From Asterionella formosa (lineage: Eukaryota), in NCBI GenBank assembly GCA_002256025.1, contig NKIB01014216.1:1-46024 (forward strand): a stretch of DNA of 46,024 nt. The letters are read 5' to 3'. Both the position numbers and the translations under genes were made by a program. The notes beneath the pieces were generated by a model. The model made no database searches. It was not told the DNA's origin and was given only the letters and a program-made list of their open reading frames with translations. How positions within the stretch are numbered: position 1 is the stretch's first letter; each line of letters opens with the position of its first letter. Shown piece by piece: positions 11,040 through 23,482 of the stretch.

Positions 11040-14000
11040 CTAAGCCGCGAAATACACCACTTTTCGAAATTTCATTTACATAGGAGTGTTAATGATGGGG
11101 TACTTGACATGAATTTATGCCACTCTTCCAGTAAAGAAAGGTAACTATTAACGGTTTCATGTGAAGTTTTCACAATGAACTTTGAACTCGAGACTGAATT
11201 TAGTTGATGTTTCAAATAATTCATTTCAAAGTTCAACTAATATCCTGCTCTCGTGGCTAATTCATTTACTATACACATCTTTATTTGTGAAAAAGTAAGG
11301 ATATTTGTCGGTGTTGTATTTCATGCATGGACAATCTACAGTATATAGTTGTGCACTTCACATAAATAATATGAACTATTATAGTGAACAAGACTTCTCT
11401 TCGAGGTTTTCATGTGATGGTTCAGAATCATACAGTGATTTCCAAGACAAAACTAGTTGATGTTACAACTCATATTTTAAAAGTTCAAGATAAAATTGTT
11501 TTAGAGGATATATCATTGCGAAAGACAACTCAAGTAACGTATGGTACATATGCCAAGAAGGTATGAATCGGCCAAGATGTACAGTGAAAGCAAAGCGAAT
11601 CCTCATGCACCAAATTGAATCATCCATAAACATCGCCGCTGTAGGCTGAAGTAAGTGCGCATTGTCAATGTAAAATTGGCAAATTGAATTCGCACTATGC
11701 CAAAGCAATGCCGACTCGAGAGAGTGTCCTTCAGCGCTTATCAGAAGCACTCATGCGATGATAGCTAGCCAAGTTAAGTACTGGTACAAGCACCCCGAGT
11801 GCGTGTTCTTGTCTTGCGCTGTGTCGTGGCTCAGTTGTTCTAACCCCTTGGCGCTTTTTTCCCTCAAATACTCCATCCATACTCACGATCGGTAGATTGA
11901 TTATCACAGCGAGGATTGCAGTCATCGGATGCACGCTTAGTCAAAGTGGACCTGCTGCAAAATTCAAATCTTTCCATTCTCAAACCAGGGTACAACAACT
12001 TGGGCAACGAAGGTATGTTTTAATACGTTGGCTGTCGGGATTTCAGCATACCGCGCTTTGGGATTGTTGGATCTTGGATTCAACCAAGTCGGCGATGATG
12101 GGATTAGATCATAGGCACATGCTTTGTTTGGATATGCCTTGCATATGCTCTACTTGGCAGGGAATCACATGCGGGAAGAAGGAGCCACCATGGCGTTGGC
12201 TGATGAGATCAGGAGAGGGTGCGCTGTGACCAAGTTGTATTTGACTGGAAACCGATTAGCTAGGGCCAGATGGAGTGATTTCAGTAACAGAAGACATTCT
12301 AGAAGATGAACTGAGAAGGAGAAAAACGTCATATGGAGTCAATGACACTCGAGGGATCCAAGAGCTCTTTTTAGGCGGAACAAGCATGGGACTGATGGGT
12401 TGCCATGCAGTTGCTACAATGCTCTGAATGTACAAATCACCCATAATTGAGGAAGACACAACAGATTAAAATTTCATCATGCGAGTGAATTGGTTAACTC
12501 ATCAGTTGATTGTTTTCAATTTTAAATCAAGGCGTATTTTTTTACTGTAGTAGGACGATCTAATGGTAGATCATCCAGCGCATGTGCAATTAGGAGTATC
12601 TATTGGCTGTGTCCTCTCCCTCTTATCACACTTGTAGCCTCAGAAATTTGTCCCGATGAAATTATTAGCAAGACTGCGCCAGATTTTTTTGGTGTAGATT
12701 GTAGGTTCTGTTGGTACAAAAAGGAAGTCATGGCTGCTGCGCAAGGATTTTTGACCCTCTGAATTCATTAAAACACCAACATTCAACACCACTGTGAACA
12801 ATTTATTTTCAACATGGGGACGACACTTACAACTAGCATCTCCCTTCCAGATTTTCAGCTGCCTTACAATAAACAAATCTTTTATCAGCTCACATATGGT
12901 TTGTTTCACCAACAAAAGGTGGAATGATGCAACATTGAGATCGTCCGCAATGGATGCTTTTAAGGTAATATTTTTTCTTGCTATTTTTGCTATCATAGTA
13001 TCACCAAGCGAGTGATAATTCATAATGATATGCTGCTGTTCTCAACATTCATTTGACATTTGAACAGGCCTTTTCAGAAAAGGAGTGTTCTTTTGAAAGC
13101 AGGAGTGATAGAAGTTGAAATGATGCAATATGGAGACCCGGAATGGAAGATTTTACTAAAGTAAGCTTAATCCTCAGTTTTTGTCATCACATCAGCTAAG
13201 CGAGCGATAAATCACACGCTTTTGTTATTGTTCTCTATATATATTTCACATTTTAGCCGTCCATTTCACAACAGGAGCATCCTTTTGAATGCATCAGTGA
13301 GTTGCGGTGCTGCCTGGTGGCTAATGCCGGTGTCTTGCTATCAATTTGACTGCTCTGTGAAACAGTTGAATAGCACATGTGTGTGTTGCTTTCTGCTGTT
13401 GCTAGATCTATCATATGAATTACTGACACACTGTTGTTATTTAAATCTTTGCAGATCAATGAAGAAGTCATTTCAAGGACAAGAAGAAGGAAGCCATTGT
13501 GATGCATTCCTGTTGTAATTTCGCACCATGATGCCTCTTAAAGAATGAATAATTTTTTCATTCAGAATGAACGGCTTCTGTTTGTCTTGCATTGTCCTTA
13601 CAGATGTCGCATAATGCCTGCCTTCTCAAGACTGAAGATGCCATTCTGAAAGAACTGCTTTGTTTGATTGCATATCGAGATTTGTTTCCCATGTAATGAT
13701 GTGAAATACCGGTAGTTGAATTAGTAATCAACATATTTGATAGTACTTTTAAATTACGTAAACAAATTTAATACATTACGTGAACAAAATCATAAGGCAA
13801 TGTGAACTAAATTACAGAATTAATTGAAGTATTTTAAATAATTTCGTGAAGTATTTCAGATAATTATGTGAAGGTGATCACGTAATATAGTGATGATCAG
13901 GAAAGCATGCATGATACTCTGATCAAATAATTAACGTGATGTATTCAGATAATAAATAGATATATTCAAGTAAGCATTTTGATGTACTATTCAACTCATT

Positions 14001-14068
14001 CATGTGATCCATTCAAAATCAACTAGGCTTATTTACGTGATGGTCACTTCATGTAATACGTGGCTTAG
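11040..14068. mobile_element. Possible degenerate TIR element (~3 kb) with AT-rich subterminal TTACGTGA-like repeats
   Basis: CTAAGCCGCGAAATAC at 11040 matches the reverse complement of GTAATACGTGGCTTAG at 14053-14068 at 13/16. (A/T)(C/T)GTGA(A/T) motifs recur at 13750-14060. No TSD seen. Confidence 0.3.
11901..12427 (+). pseudogene. Frameshifted RNI-like leucine-rich-repeat gene fragment
   Basis: Consecutive LRR units separated by frameshifts: NLSILKPGYNNLGNEG, ALGLLDLGFNQVGDDG, ALHMLYLAGNHMREEG, AVTKLYLTGNRL, GIQELFLGGTSMGLMG, then a stop. Confidence 0.8.
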
Positions 14069-15282
14069 TTGCAATGCACATGTATTGCTAGCTATTTAGT
14101 GGTGCAGCAAACGCACCTGTTGCCAGCATCATCTTGCATAGATGATGCAAATTGCTTCAGCATCAGGGTTTGCAAAAGTAAGAGGGTAAACCCGGCATAG
14201 TTAATGATTTTGTTGCAACTATAGTTAAACAGAGAGAGTACACATTGAGTAGTGCAAAACATAGGAATCAAATCCTACACGTAGATTGTACAATAATTAA
14301 CATATTAATAACATTTTTCTGCTTTGTACTTACATCTATTCTAAAATTGTGGACGTTGGGGTAGTTGAACTAGAAAAAATCATTTAAAATTGTCAAAACG
14401 GCCCTGGAGAAAATTTAAAATTGTTCAATTGTTACAGCAATTGTTGTCTTCATTTTTTTAAGTTGACAACATTGTGCTAGATAGGCACTCGTTTGCATCT
14501 TAGATAAAGTCATATATTGCATCTTTGAAATCTTTTGTCAGCTTCAGCCAAGCTAGACAATAACTGATATGTATTTTGACAATTTTATCCTTCCCAGAGC
14601 GAAAAGCACAAAATTAGAAAATGGCTAATAAGACTTACAGCAAAGTTGTGATGGAATTAGGCCCGCAATTGTGACCATGAAAGGTAACAGGAGTAAAATC
14701 AAAACAATCTTGCCCTGACAAGAATTAAATTCAGAATATGAGGTGGATTGTTGTTTGTTGACATTTGCAGTGAACATTTCGATTTATAGATAAAGCAGAA
14801 AATCTGAAACTCTTGAACTTGACCATTAAAGATTGACTATCCCAACCCCGAGATATCTATCAGCACAATCTGCCATTAATCCACTCCTTGGGCTAGACGG
14901 CCTACATTGTATCAAGAGTTGTTTTGCAAAGGGATCACCATTTCAAATATTCAACATCAAAGGATGATAGCAATCACTATAAGGAGTCATCACTGAAAGA
15001 AAAAAGCCAAATTGATAGCTGCAAAACGGTCTAATATCGAGGATCATCATGCTGCAGAATTTCATTCACTCCTTAGGCCCAAAAAGCAAGAAAGCGAAAC
15101 ATAGAAATGTGCGTATTGTCATTCAAAGAAATATCTTGCTGTTACATTTGTTCCGCAATGCTGAGGTCTGTCCCACTGATAGCGACAACTCACAGGCATC
15201 TGGGATTGATTTAATTTATTGAAGGATCTTGACTGTTTGTATCTTCCCAGATCTTTTCAGGAATATCTAAGATTTATGCATC

Positions 15283-18200
15283 TTAGGGTCGCCGCCCCTC
15301 CACTCGTCGATAGCCTCCAGGGCCGCGGTCATTGGGTCGAGCCCCAGAACCACGCCCACGAACTTGGGGGTCACTGCGTCCAATAGTAAACTGGGGTACG
15401 GGCTGGCTCTGTGGTTGTTCCTCTTGATCGTCAGTTCGTCGTCTCTTATTAGGATCATCAATTCCGGGAGAATGATCGCGTTTTGCATGATGGGTCCCGC
15501 CTCCTCTACCCCCTCGCTCCCATCGACCTTCCAGACCGCTTTGCGCTTCGTCGGTCTTAGCATGGCGAGGTCCATTTCCACGCTGTAGGCCATCTCCCCT
15601 ATTTGAGGCAGAAGCTACTCGATCAGGTACGCGACTGAACGAGTTGGGGTGTCCACGTTCATCGCGACCTTTTGAAGGCAGATCATTAACTTGATCTTTT
15701 GGCGTTGTTCGGGAACCATCCCCACCCCTTCGATCACCTTGATCCCCTTCTCTTCCCCGAACAACCCGGTCCTTCTGGTCATCTCGAGGACGGGGTTCAA
15801 AGGAAGGAGGATTGGAATTAATTAGCCTCACATCTCGTTCCTTCTGATCATCTCGAGAGCGAGCGTCAGAGGATGTAGCAGTAGCATTCTTTCCCGATAT
15901 ATCTCGCTCTTTTTTGACATCTCGAGCGCGGGTATCAGAGGAAGTAGCAACGAAAGGCAATCTCCGATCGTCGCGGGGAGGACCACGTCCATCACGTCTT
16001 CCCCCGTCCCTGCGGCCACGTTGATCATCACCAAGTTCCTTGTCAATGGCCTTGGTTTCAATTTCCATTTCTGCCAACTGCTCTTCGGCTTTTTTCTTGC
16101 GTTGCAGCTGGGCCGCCTTCTCATCGTTCTCACGAGCCTTCGCGGCAGATGCATCCTCCTCCTTCCAGACACCACTGCTGCGAGCTTGCGATAATAAAAC
16201 GCTGTATGACTGAGCCGCTGCTGAGATATCCTGGAGTGGGTACGCTTCGTCAAGCATTGGTCCCATCGCATCTAGAAGTCTCTGACCCAGCACGGGACGA
16301 GTTGGAAATTCATCAACAATTCGATTCAAGACCAAGAAGCAAGCTCGCAGGTGAATATACTCCTTGGAATGCAGACAACCGAGAAAAGCCTTACCCATCG
16401 TCGCGTGCCATCGATTGTAAAGAATCTTGAACTTTGGATACGAGACTGGTGCCGTTCCTTCTCCGTCATGAACCATGAACGATCCAGGTTTACCTGCCAC
16501 TTCTATTTCAAAAGATTCCTTATTGTATCGCCAACGACTGATTACTTTCCAAGTCTCCAACAACAAAATCGCAATAGAAGCAGCCTCTCCTTCGGTGCTG
16601 GAATAAAGGGAACATTCGACAACATTCATGAGCTCATCTACAAAATGCATAAAACTGAAACCTGGTGTATTGTTTGCGTGCAATAGAAGGGCAAAATGAG
16701 CACAATACATTGCATCCTCTGGGCCAAACGTACAGCGCGGGAAGATGCAATAGGTGAAGAATGCTTGGACCGATGCGGTTGACACAGTTTCAGATGGAAA
16801 CAACCCAGAGCCTTGATTCTGAAGTTTTCCCACGCAAGACCCAAAGCGACTTGCTTGTGCGTTCATATCGTCCGGTAATCTAGTAGCGACTCGACGGATG
16901 CGCCCAAGCTCCATCTCATCATCTCTTGTAAAATGCTTATCAGATTCAGAGTTGGCAATGCGCTGCTTGTGAACAAGCGCATCTTCTACTCTTTTCAGTC
17001 TTGAAATCGACGATGTATACGATTCCTCAGGGAGATACACGTCATATAGCGAATAGGAAAAGAAGAAATCGACAAGAGATGGAGTCAAATCCTTCTGAAT
17101 GGATGTAGGGAGTACAGACTTGATGACTTCTGTTCGTTCTACGTAATTTTCTTTAATCTTGATTGCTGATTTCCCATTTGATGCCTTTCTGCTTCGATAA
17201 TCCAGTTGGATGACGGGGCGATACAACATCCAAGCCGACGGTGCATCCATAGCGTAATCCAATAGTAGGGACTTTAATGACGGCATTGACGAAGCATATT
17301 TGGCAAGCGCACTTTCACTTCTGTTGTGATCGTCTTCAATAACGAAGTCATCGGAAGTCAAAAACTCGAGCAATATAGAAGTGACCACTTGACACGAATC
17401 ATACAAATTCCCAATCAACTTGACGTGTTGCGTCTTGCCAGCACCTCCCTTGTCAAAGATTAGCTTGCTGCGCATCTGAGCCAACAGAATCAAAATCGTG
17501 ATACCCAGATTGTCACTTTGCAAAACAGAACGGATCCTATTAGACGCTATCGTGTTCACGTGTTCGACGATACCAAAGGCATACGTCTCCCGTTTTAACA
17601 ACTGCGAGCCAGCCCGACCAGCCAGTTGTGCCATCGGCAATGACGATGCTGACGAATAATCAGCAAAGGAATATCCACCCGCATCTGTGATCAACGTTCG
17701 CAGTACACCTAACTCCAAAACTTGCCCGTTCTTCAATTGATGAATCAGATACAAAAATATCCCCCGGAACTCGACATCCGGACACTTTTTGTAAAAGGCT
17801 CCCGTGAAACTTTCCAACGACGACAACCACTGAGAAACGTTGACCCCGTCATCTTTCAGTTTGTTTCTATTGGCACCAGCGACTGACCCCCTCAATCGGG
17901 TCAAAATACAATACCCCAAAACATCCATACTTAATGGTGTAACGAATCTCACAATTTCCACCATCATTTGAATCAAATTATCGTAGGATTCAATTTGATT
18001 CAATATAGTCATAAATACGACCAATGGGTTGGAGTGAGTCACTTTGGACACTTGGTGCCCCATATCACGGATATTGTCAAGCGAGAGGCGCTTCAGACAG
18101 TGCCTAGCTTCCTTTCCAGCCATCATTTCGGCTTGAACGAGGGCCAATGGTTTAAATCCCATACCTGCGCGCTCCAATCCTGGCCAGCTCCAGCTGTGGT

Positions 18201-19737
18201 ATAATTTGTAACGGACAGTGAAGGGTAGAATATCCAAGACACGCCAGAGCTCAACGGACAAGGCAGGATTGGGCGGTAGTAAGGAGAGACTAGAAACGAG
18301 GAAAGAATTGAGAAATTCAAACGTTGTTGGTTTGAGAATGGCATTTTGGTTCTCCTTCAGGAGCAAAGCTCTGGTCAAACGACACATTTGAGCATAGAGT
18401 GCCGGCTGCAAACAGTAGGATCCTGCTAGTGCTTGTAAGGGAGTAGAACATGAGATAATGAGCTGGTCAAGCGTTGCTGTCTCTGGAAGGGCGTATGGGG
18501 CAGGTTTCGTCGGAACTTCCTTGTTTAAGACTGGAGTCTTGACCAGGTAACAGTACATGAGCTTGAAGTGCTCCCCCACTACATTGCTCAAAACGTTTCC
18601 AATAGAACCAGGCATTAGAGTACACACTTGGGTCCATTCCTCATGCGTGGTAAGTAATGATGAGCATAAATCCCATCTTTGATTTTCCAACAAGACTTTG
18701 AGTAATCCAATCAAAACATTTGACGTTTCCAAGCTGGCCACAGCAGCATCGAGTTGCTTGGAAAGTTCCGACATTGACTCATCTGGCTCTTTGGCACCAC
18801 CCAATGACACTGTTACCATTTTGGAGAGTTTCTTCTTGTAGAGTTTCGTAAAAATGTCGTGAGCTGAGCTAATATGCGCGAGACCCGCAGGGACCAAAAG
18901 TTTCAAGTCTATCAGCTTTTCTTGGGCCAATAACGAAATCAAGGAATACAACGTGGACGGGAGAGGTTCCTTCCTCCTTTCGTAATTGAGAATCTTAAAA
19001 TGGATCAAGGGTAGAATTTGGTTCTTCAGCAAGATATCTCTGATGAGATTTAGTAGCTGCTGCTGCCTGTCAAAATTGTTGCTTTTCGTCCCTTGTTCCA
19101 AACAGTCCAACATTATATCCAAGACACGGATGGGATCCAGCTTGAATTTACCAATGAGACGGTGAAGTTTGATTAAGTTGCTGTTAGAGTGATCATCATT
19201 GTCATCATGAATGAGTGTAATAATGTGCCTGTCGGAAGGATCATCACGCCATAGAAAAGAAAATACTTTGGCGTATCCTTCTGAATCCTCTTGCAATAGA
19301 TTAAACTTCTGCTGTTTGTAATTATTCTCTGTATTGAGCATACGAGTCTTCTTTAGCATGGCATCTTTGTCAGCAATCAGGTCAAGTTGTCCCAGCAGTG
19401 CGGGATCTAGCGTAGCTTGAAGGTCTCTGAGAAATCCAGGTCGGTCGGGAATGGCCAGTAGATTCTCTAGAATGGATCGCAAGGCTGTCATTGACGCTCC
19501 CGTCGCGACACATGCAGCCAACCAAATGGAGTCTACAAGATGAGCTTGTAGTCCTGGTGCGGATTGCCAACATTGCACCAGCACAGCAGAAGCTTCCTTT
19601 GCTCTTGCTTCCAGCGTATCTTCCGCTTTCGGCCAGATTTCATAGTCTGTACCGAACGCCAAAATGATAAGAAGTACACTGGAAGGATCTGGCGCAGTTT
19701 GCACCTCTTGGAAGGATGGAAGTGATCGGTTCGTCAT
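15283..19737 (-). CDS. THOC2: THO complex subunit 2 (TREX), 1484 aa, no intron apparent
   Basis: Motifs YKQQKFNLLQEDSEGYAK, LKRLSLDN, NPLVVF..ILNQIESYDNLI, KDDGVNVSQWLSSLESF and CIFPRC, plus an R/D/G-rich disordered tail. Confidence 0.93.
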   Translation of the reverse strand: MTNRSLPSFQEVQTAPDPSSVLLIILAFGTDYEIWPKAEDTLEARAKEASAVLVQCWQSAPGLQAHLVDSIWLAACVATGASMTALRSILENLLAIPDRPGFLRDLQATLDPALLGQLDLIADKDAMLKKTRMLNTENNYKQQKFNLLQEDSEGYAKVFSFLWRDDPSDRHIITLIHDDNDDHSNSNLIKLHRLIGKFKLDPIRVLDIMLDCLEQGTKSNNFDRQQQLLNLIRDILLKNQILPLIHFKILNYERRKEPLPSTLYSLISLLAQEKLIDLKLLVPAGLAHISSAHDIFTKLYKKKLSKMVTVSLGGAKEPDESMSELSKQLDAAVASLETSNVLIGLLKVLLENQRWDLCSSLLTTHEEWTQVCTLMPGSIGNVLSNVVGEHFKLMYCYLVKTPVLNKEVPTKPAPYALPETATLDQLIISCSTPLQALAGSYCLQPALYAQMCRLTRALLLKENQNAILKPTTFEFLNSFLVSSLSLLPPNPALSVELWRVLDILPFTVRYKLYHSWSWPGLERAGMGFKPLALVQAEMMAGKEARHCLKRLSLDNIRDMGHQVSKVTHSNPLVVFMTILNQIESYDNLIQMMVEIVRFVTPLSMDVLGYCILTRLRGSVAGANRNKLKDDGVNVSQWLSSLESFTGAFYKKCPDVEFRGIFLYLIHQLKNGQVLELGVLRTLITDAGGYSFADYSSASSLPMAQLAGRAGSQLLKRETYAFGIVEHVNTIASNRIRSVLQSDNLGITILILLAQMRSKLIFDKGGAGKTQHVKLIGNLYDSCQVVTSILLEFLTSDDFVIEDDHNRSESALAKYASSMPSLKSLLLDYAMDAPSAWMLYRPVIQLDYRSRKASNGKSAIKIKENYVERTEVIKSVLPTSIQKDLTPSLVDFFFSYSLYDVYLPEESYTSSISRLKRVEDALVHKQRIANSESDKHFTRDDEMELGRIRRVATRLPDDMNAQASRFGSCVGKLQNQGSGLFPSETVSTASVQAFFTYCIFPRCTFGPEDAMYCAHFALLLHANNTPGFSFMHFVDELMNVVECSLYSSTEGEAASIAILLLETWKVISRWRYNKESFEIEVAGKPGSFMVHDGEGTAPVSYPKFKILYNRWHATMGKAFLGCLHSKEYIHLRACFLVLNRIVDEFPTRPVLGQRLLDAMGPMLDEAYPLQDISAAAQSYSVLLSQARSSGVWKEEDASAAKARENDEKAAQLQRKKKAEEQLAEMEIETKAIDKELGDDQRGRRDGGRRDGRGPPRDDRRLPFVATSSDTRARDVKKERDISGKNATATSSDARSRDDQKERDVRLINSNPPSFEPRPRDDQKDRVVRGREGDQGDRRGGDGSRTTPKDQVNDLPSKGRDERGHPNSFSRVPDRVASASNRGDGLQRGNGPRHAKTDEAQSGLEGRWERGGRGGGTHHAKRDHSPGIDDPNKRRRTDDQEEQPQSQPVPQFTIGRSDPQVRGRGSGARPNDRGPGGYRRVEGRRP

Positions 19738-20030
19738 TCTTGTGCAATTTTAGGAGGATGCGCTTCGTCAGGGATTTTACTTGAAGCGAAGGCAAATGAG
19801 CTACATGCAACTCCGATCTAACCCTTTTGCTCTGCTGATGTGAGTGTAACGCGAGGATATCAGAGATGTGTGCTGACACTGGTGTGTGACAACATGAGAT
19901 CGGCTGAGATGCCGAAAATACAGGGAGCACTGCTACCTGGGACATCGACAATACTACCAGACCAGATAGGTGGGACCTGGTACCATGCCAGTAAGCAAAA
20001 CCGCTGCCTATCATCGGCGGTTTGTTTCCG

Positions 20031-20071
20031 GCTAGACTGAATTCAGTCCAACAGACTGGATTCAGCCTAGC
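20031..20071. repeat. Hairpin with 18 bp arms, each arm itself (near-)palindromic
   Basis: GCTAGACTGAATTCAGTC-caaca-GACTGGATTCAGCCTAGC pairs at 16/18. Confidence 0.75.
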
Positions 20072-20079
20072 TTTTCAAT

Positions 20080-21480
20080 CCCTTGCCCCTAGCTCAATTC
20101 TCCATATATTTCATTTCTGAAAAGTAGATCAATATCTGCAGAGCTGTAGGTTGCTAGAGGTATCATGGTGATAAGTCAATTTTTTAAATTTATCAGATAG
20201 ATGAGAAATCTGCCTGGCGCAATCAGCCATCTCAAAAATATTGTTGCAGGATATTTCAAATACGCAACTTGACAATGGGCAATCATTTCATGCCTTTCCA
20301 AGTGCATTCACCCATCACTGTGGGTCCAAAATCATCATGTGAACATTGCAAAAGGTCATCAACTTGAAAGAATGACACTTCTGGCTGTGGAGGGAGCTCA
20401 AGAAAATCAGAGGTAAAGAGGTGATGATGGCCATTTGCAGTCACAGCTCCTGGGACTGTGGATGATGCTGATATAGCTGACTGAGCTGTACTTCCTTGAA
20501 AATCATTTCTTGATCATTTCTGATGGTGATCCAGACACCTTTTACTACGACGAAGGCGATTCTGTACTTGAGGAGGCAGCAGAAGGAGAAGTGATGCACT
20601 CAAAGCTTCTCGAACTTGCTTGTCAAGAGTACTGGCACGGTTCATGACTCAGATGATGATGCCATACCAGTTGGATTTGTTGATATTGGTGTTGAAACAT
20701 AACCAGCATCTGAAAAGGTTTTTTGTCATGATGAGATTGCAAAAAATTTGTTTGATAATGATGAGTGGCCTGGGGGAAGAATTCAGGAATTCGTGCTGAC
20801 AGGATACAGTTGAATGTATCAAAGAGCAAACCAATATTTTTATCATCATTTCTGATTCATTTGAAATCCACATCCCTCCAATTTATTTTTTTATTCTTTC
20901 CTTTGGAGTTCTGGAACGATTCTATTTTGTCTATCATCATTAATCAAAAGGTAGAGCGCAAACCTGTAACCCATAGACAGTGGTTTACTACAGAAAAATT
21001 TCGACATGCTCCACCCACGACGCAAAAGGCCTTCCCAAATCAGTTTGGAGGTGAAATGGTCGACGAAATGATGACTAAATAGATTGTTTGCACTCCTCCT
21101 TTCAGTCATGGCAGATGATGCCATGCTAGCATGCATATAAACACTTCTGCAAGGAGGAAGGTGGTTGATGGCATGCTCGGTTTTCGCAAGCTCTTTGCGG
21201 ATGCATTGGTATATAATCCTTATTGCAAATAATAATAATAATAATAAGTAGAAGAATTGCTGAGAAGGTCGTTAAGATTGACCAAAAATGCTGAGCACAG
21301 AGTTATTGGGCTGCCCAAAAGTAAACAAAATTTCTGGACATAGGGTTGTGGATACTGACAGTTCCCACCTCCAAAGTACATGTGTAGAATGTAAAATGAT
21401 GACTTGGACATAATGGGTTTACTGCACGGGTGTGCTTCGATGTGTTGATTGTTGTTTAATTCCATTGAAGCAGAATTGAG
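20080..21480 (+). mobile_element. Degenerate, internally deleted piggyBac-like transposase relic (boundaries approximate)
   Basis: Broken-frame peptides LFFPLEFWNDSIL (20891), ISLEVKWSTK**LNRLFALLLSV (21039), MLGFRKLFADALVYNPY (21173) and a Cys-rich end QSTCVECK...YC...LRCVDC. These resemble piggyBac/PGBD transposases. Recognised from memory, not from a search. Confidence 0.65.
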
Positions 21481-21801
21481 TCCTTCCAGTCCAGACTGAT
21501 CTGTGTCTATGGAATTTTTCATGCTGTGACTGGCACATGACTAAATATTAGTAGTTCAAATTCCAATTCTTTCTTTTTAACATGTTTAGCCCTTTTATTC
21601 CGGAGAAAAAGGAATATCCAACGATGTATCAAAGTGAAAGTAAAGTAACAATGAGATTTACATATTGAACCTCAAAGAGAGACTGAAATCAGCCTAATGA
21701 GCCGGCGGAAAGAACCCGCTGTAACTATGCCGTCTATATGTACATCATATGTACAATACCAAACTCCGTAAAATTACAGAATCATCATTCCTGTCTGAAC
21801 G

Positions 21802-21817
21802 CCAGGAAGGTCCGGTA
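21802..21817. mobile_element. Solo terminus of MITE family B
   Basis: CCAGGAAGGTCCGGTA is identical to 44163-44178. Confidence 0.45.
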
Positions 21818-23482
21818 TCTTCGACTTCCAGTATACAAATGGGGTACATCGTCCCAGTATACATACTACTGATTTCAATCAGTTTCTTTTGTTCAATCTA
21901 CCAGCTATACTACATATATGTATGGTTACGAATGTGGAGGGTATACTTGGCTGGCTGTCACGGCCTCATTTCAACTGTACATATGAGCATCGTTCACTAC
22001 ATATATGTACATACATATGAATAGCTGTTATGTATCATTAAACTCCTACACATTTGAATTTCAGTTGATTTTATAGCACGAGTACTAATACCTAGTCCAG
22101 TGTCAGCACTTCTTCAAATCCATTGCTGTTTCAGAGAGAACTGGAAGGCGATTTGCTGATTGCTTTTCAGCAGTTCAGCAAATCCAGTACTGGCTGTTTC
22201 AGCAACTGGACAACAATTTGACGTATTAATCAGCATTTTGTTATCTAATAATAAATTAAAGTTTCAATAATTACTTGCCCGCCCAGCAGGCATGACATAA
22301 ATCATCTGGAAGGAGCTGAAATTGAAATGGTGTGCACAAAATTTGCATTGCTGGACGATCCAGCATAATGCTACCTGTTAAGAACAGATCACTATATAAA
22401 TAAATAAATGAGGAAGAATGGTGATGTCAGCAATATTCAGCCACCATGGAACTACTACATCATTCAGTTGATCATGGTCTCGAGGACCATTTATTGTTTA
22501 CCTTACAAAGATTCTATATTCTGCCTGTTTTGGGGAAGCAACAATGAACTTCTAGTATCAATCCAGTTGGTGTTTGAGAATTGTCATTGGAATCATCACT
22601 GATCCTATGTGTATCACACTGGATGTAGTGCAAATAGACTACCAGGTACTGGTGATATTTGTTTGTACCATAAATGTTGGCACACAATGTTTGGAAGTAT
22701 ATCTGATTAAGAAAGGATGAATCTTCTCAAGCAATATTTGATAATCATTTGGAGGGTAGTAAAGATCTATAATGAAGGTAAGGCATGCATGATAGGCAAA
22801 CAGAAGGAGTTCACTATCGTGCCAGGTATTATAAGGATGAATTATCTGGATCTGAAATATTCGAGGAACAGTGGAAGTTTGATTGAGCAAGTGGTCGATT
22901 TGGGACAACTAGATAATAGAATCACAATGAACAGATATGGAGAAACTATTCCTAATTTATTGCCTGGCTGGTAACCATCAAAACTAGCTAACTAGCAAGG
23001 AGTAGTACAATAGTATACTAAACTAGAGTAGGTAATGTTCAAAGTCATCCTTCAGCTGACACTGAAAGGATTATTATTTGTTGCACTTGATAAGAACTAG
23101 TCATAATAATATAGGATTCAATTTACAAATTATCCTGTCGTGAGTACTGGGCGATGCTAACGATGGACCAAAAACGAAAACAAAAAACAAAATGGTACTG
23201 TAGAGCAAATAATTTACTATAGACATAAGCATATGAACCGGTAGACTACACATAATGCATAGACTGTAACTACCGGTATCATTATAGCTTCTGTACGTGA
23301 AATACCGATTAATACATGTTTTTCTCCCGGTAAATGGGATTGCTTGACGCCATGACATGATGATACATATCACTTTTTGACACCTTTCGCTTTCAAAGCA
23401 CTGCGCGTCACGTTTTGGTTCGGTCACCAACGACGATTGATTCATGATGGATCAAACTCACAAACCTGCCACTACAAATAAA

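Noticed and set aside
22400..22974. Short ORFs in AT-rich DNA upstream of the carrier gene
   Set aside because: No recognisable motifs or splice-supported model. Possibly decayed coding sequence, but it cannot be assigned.
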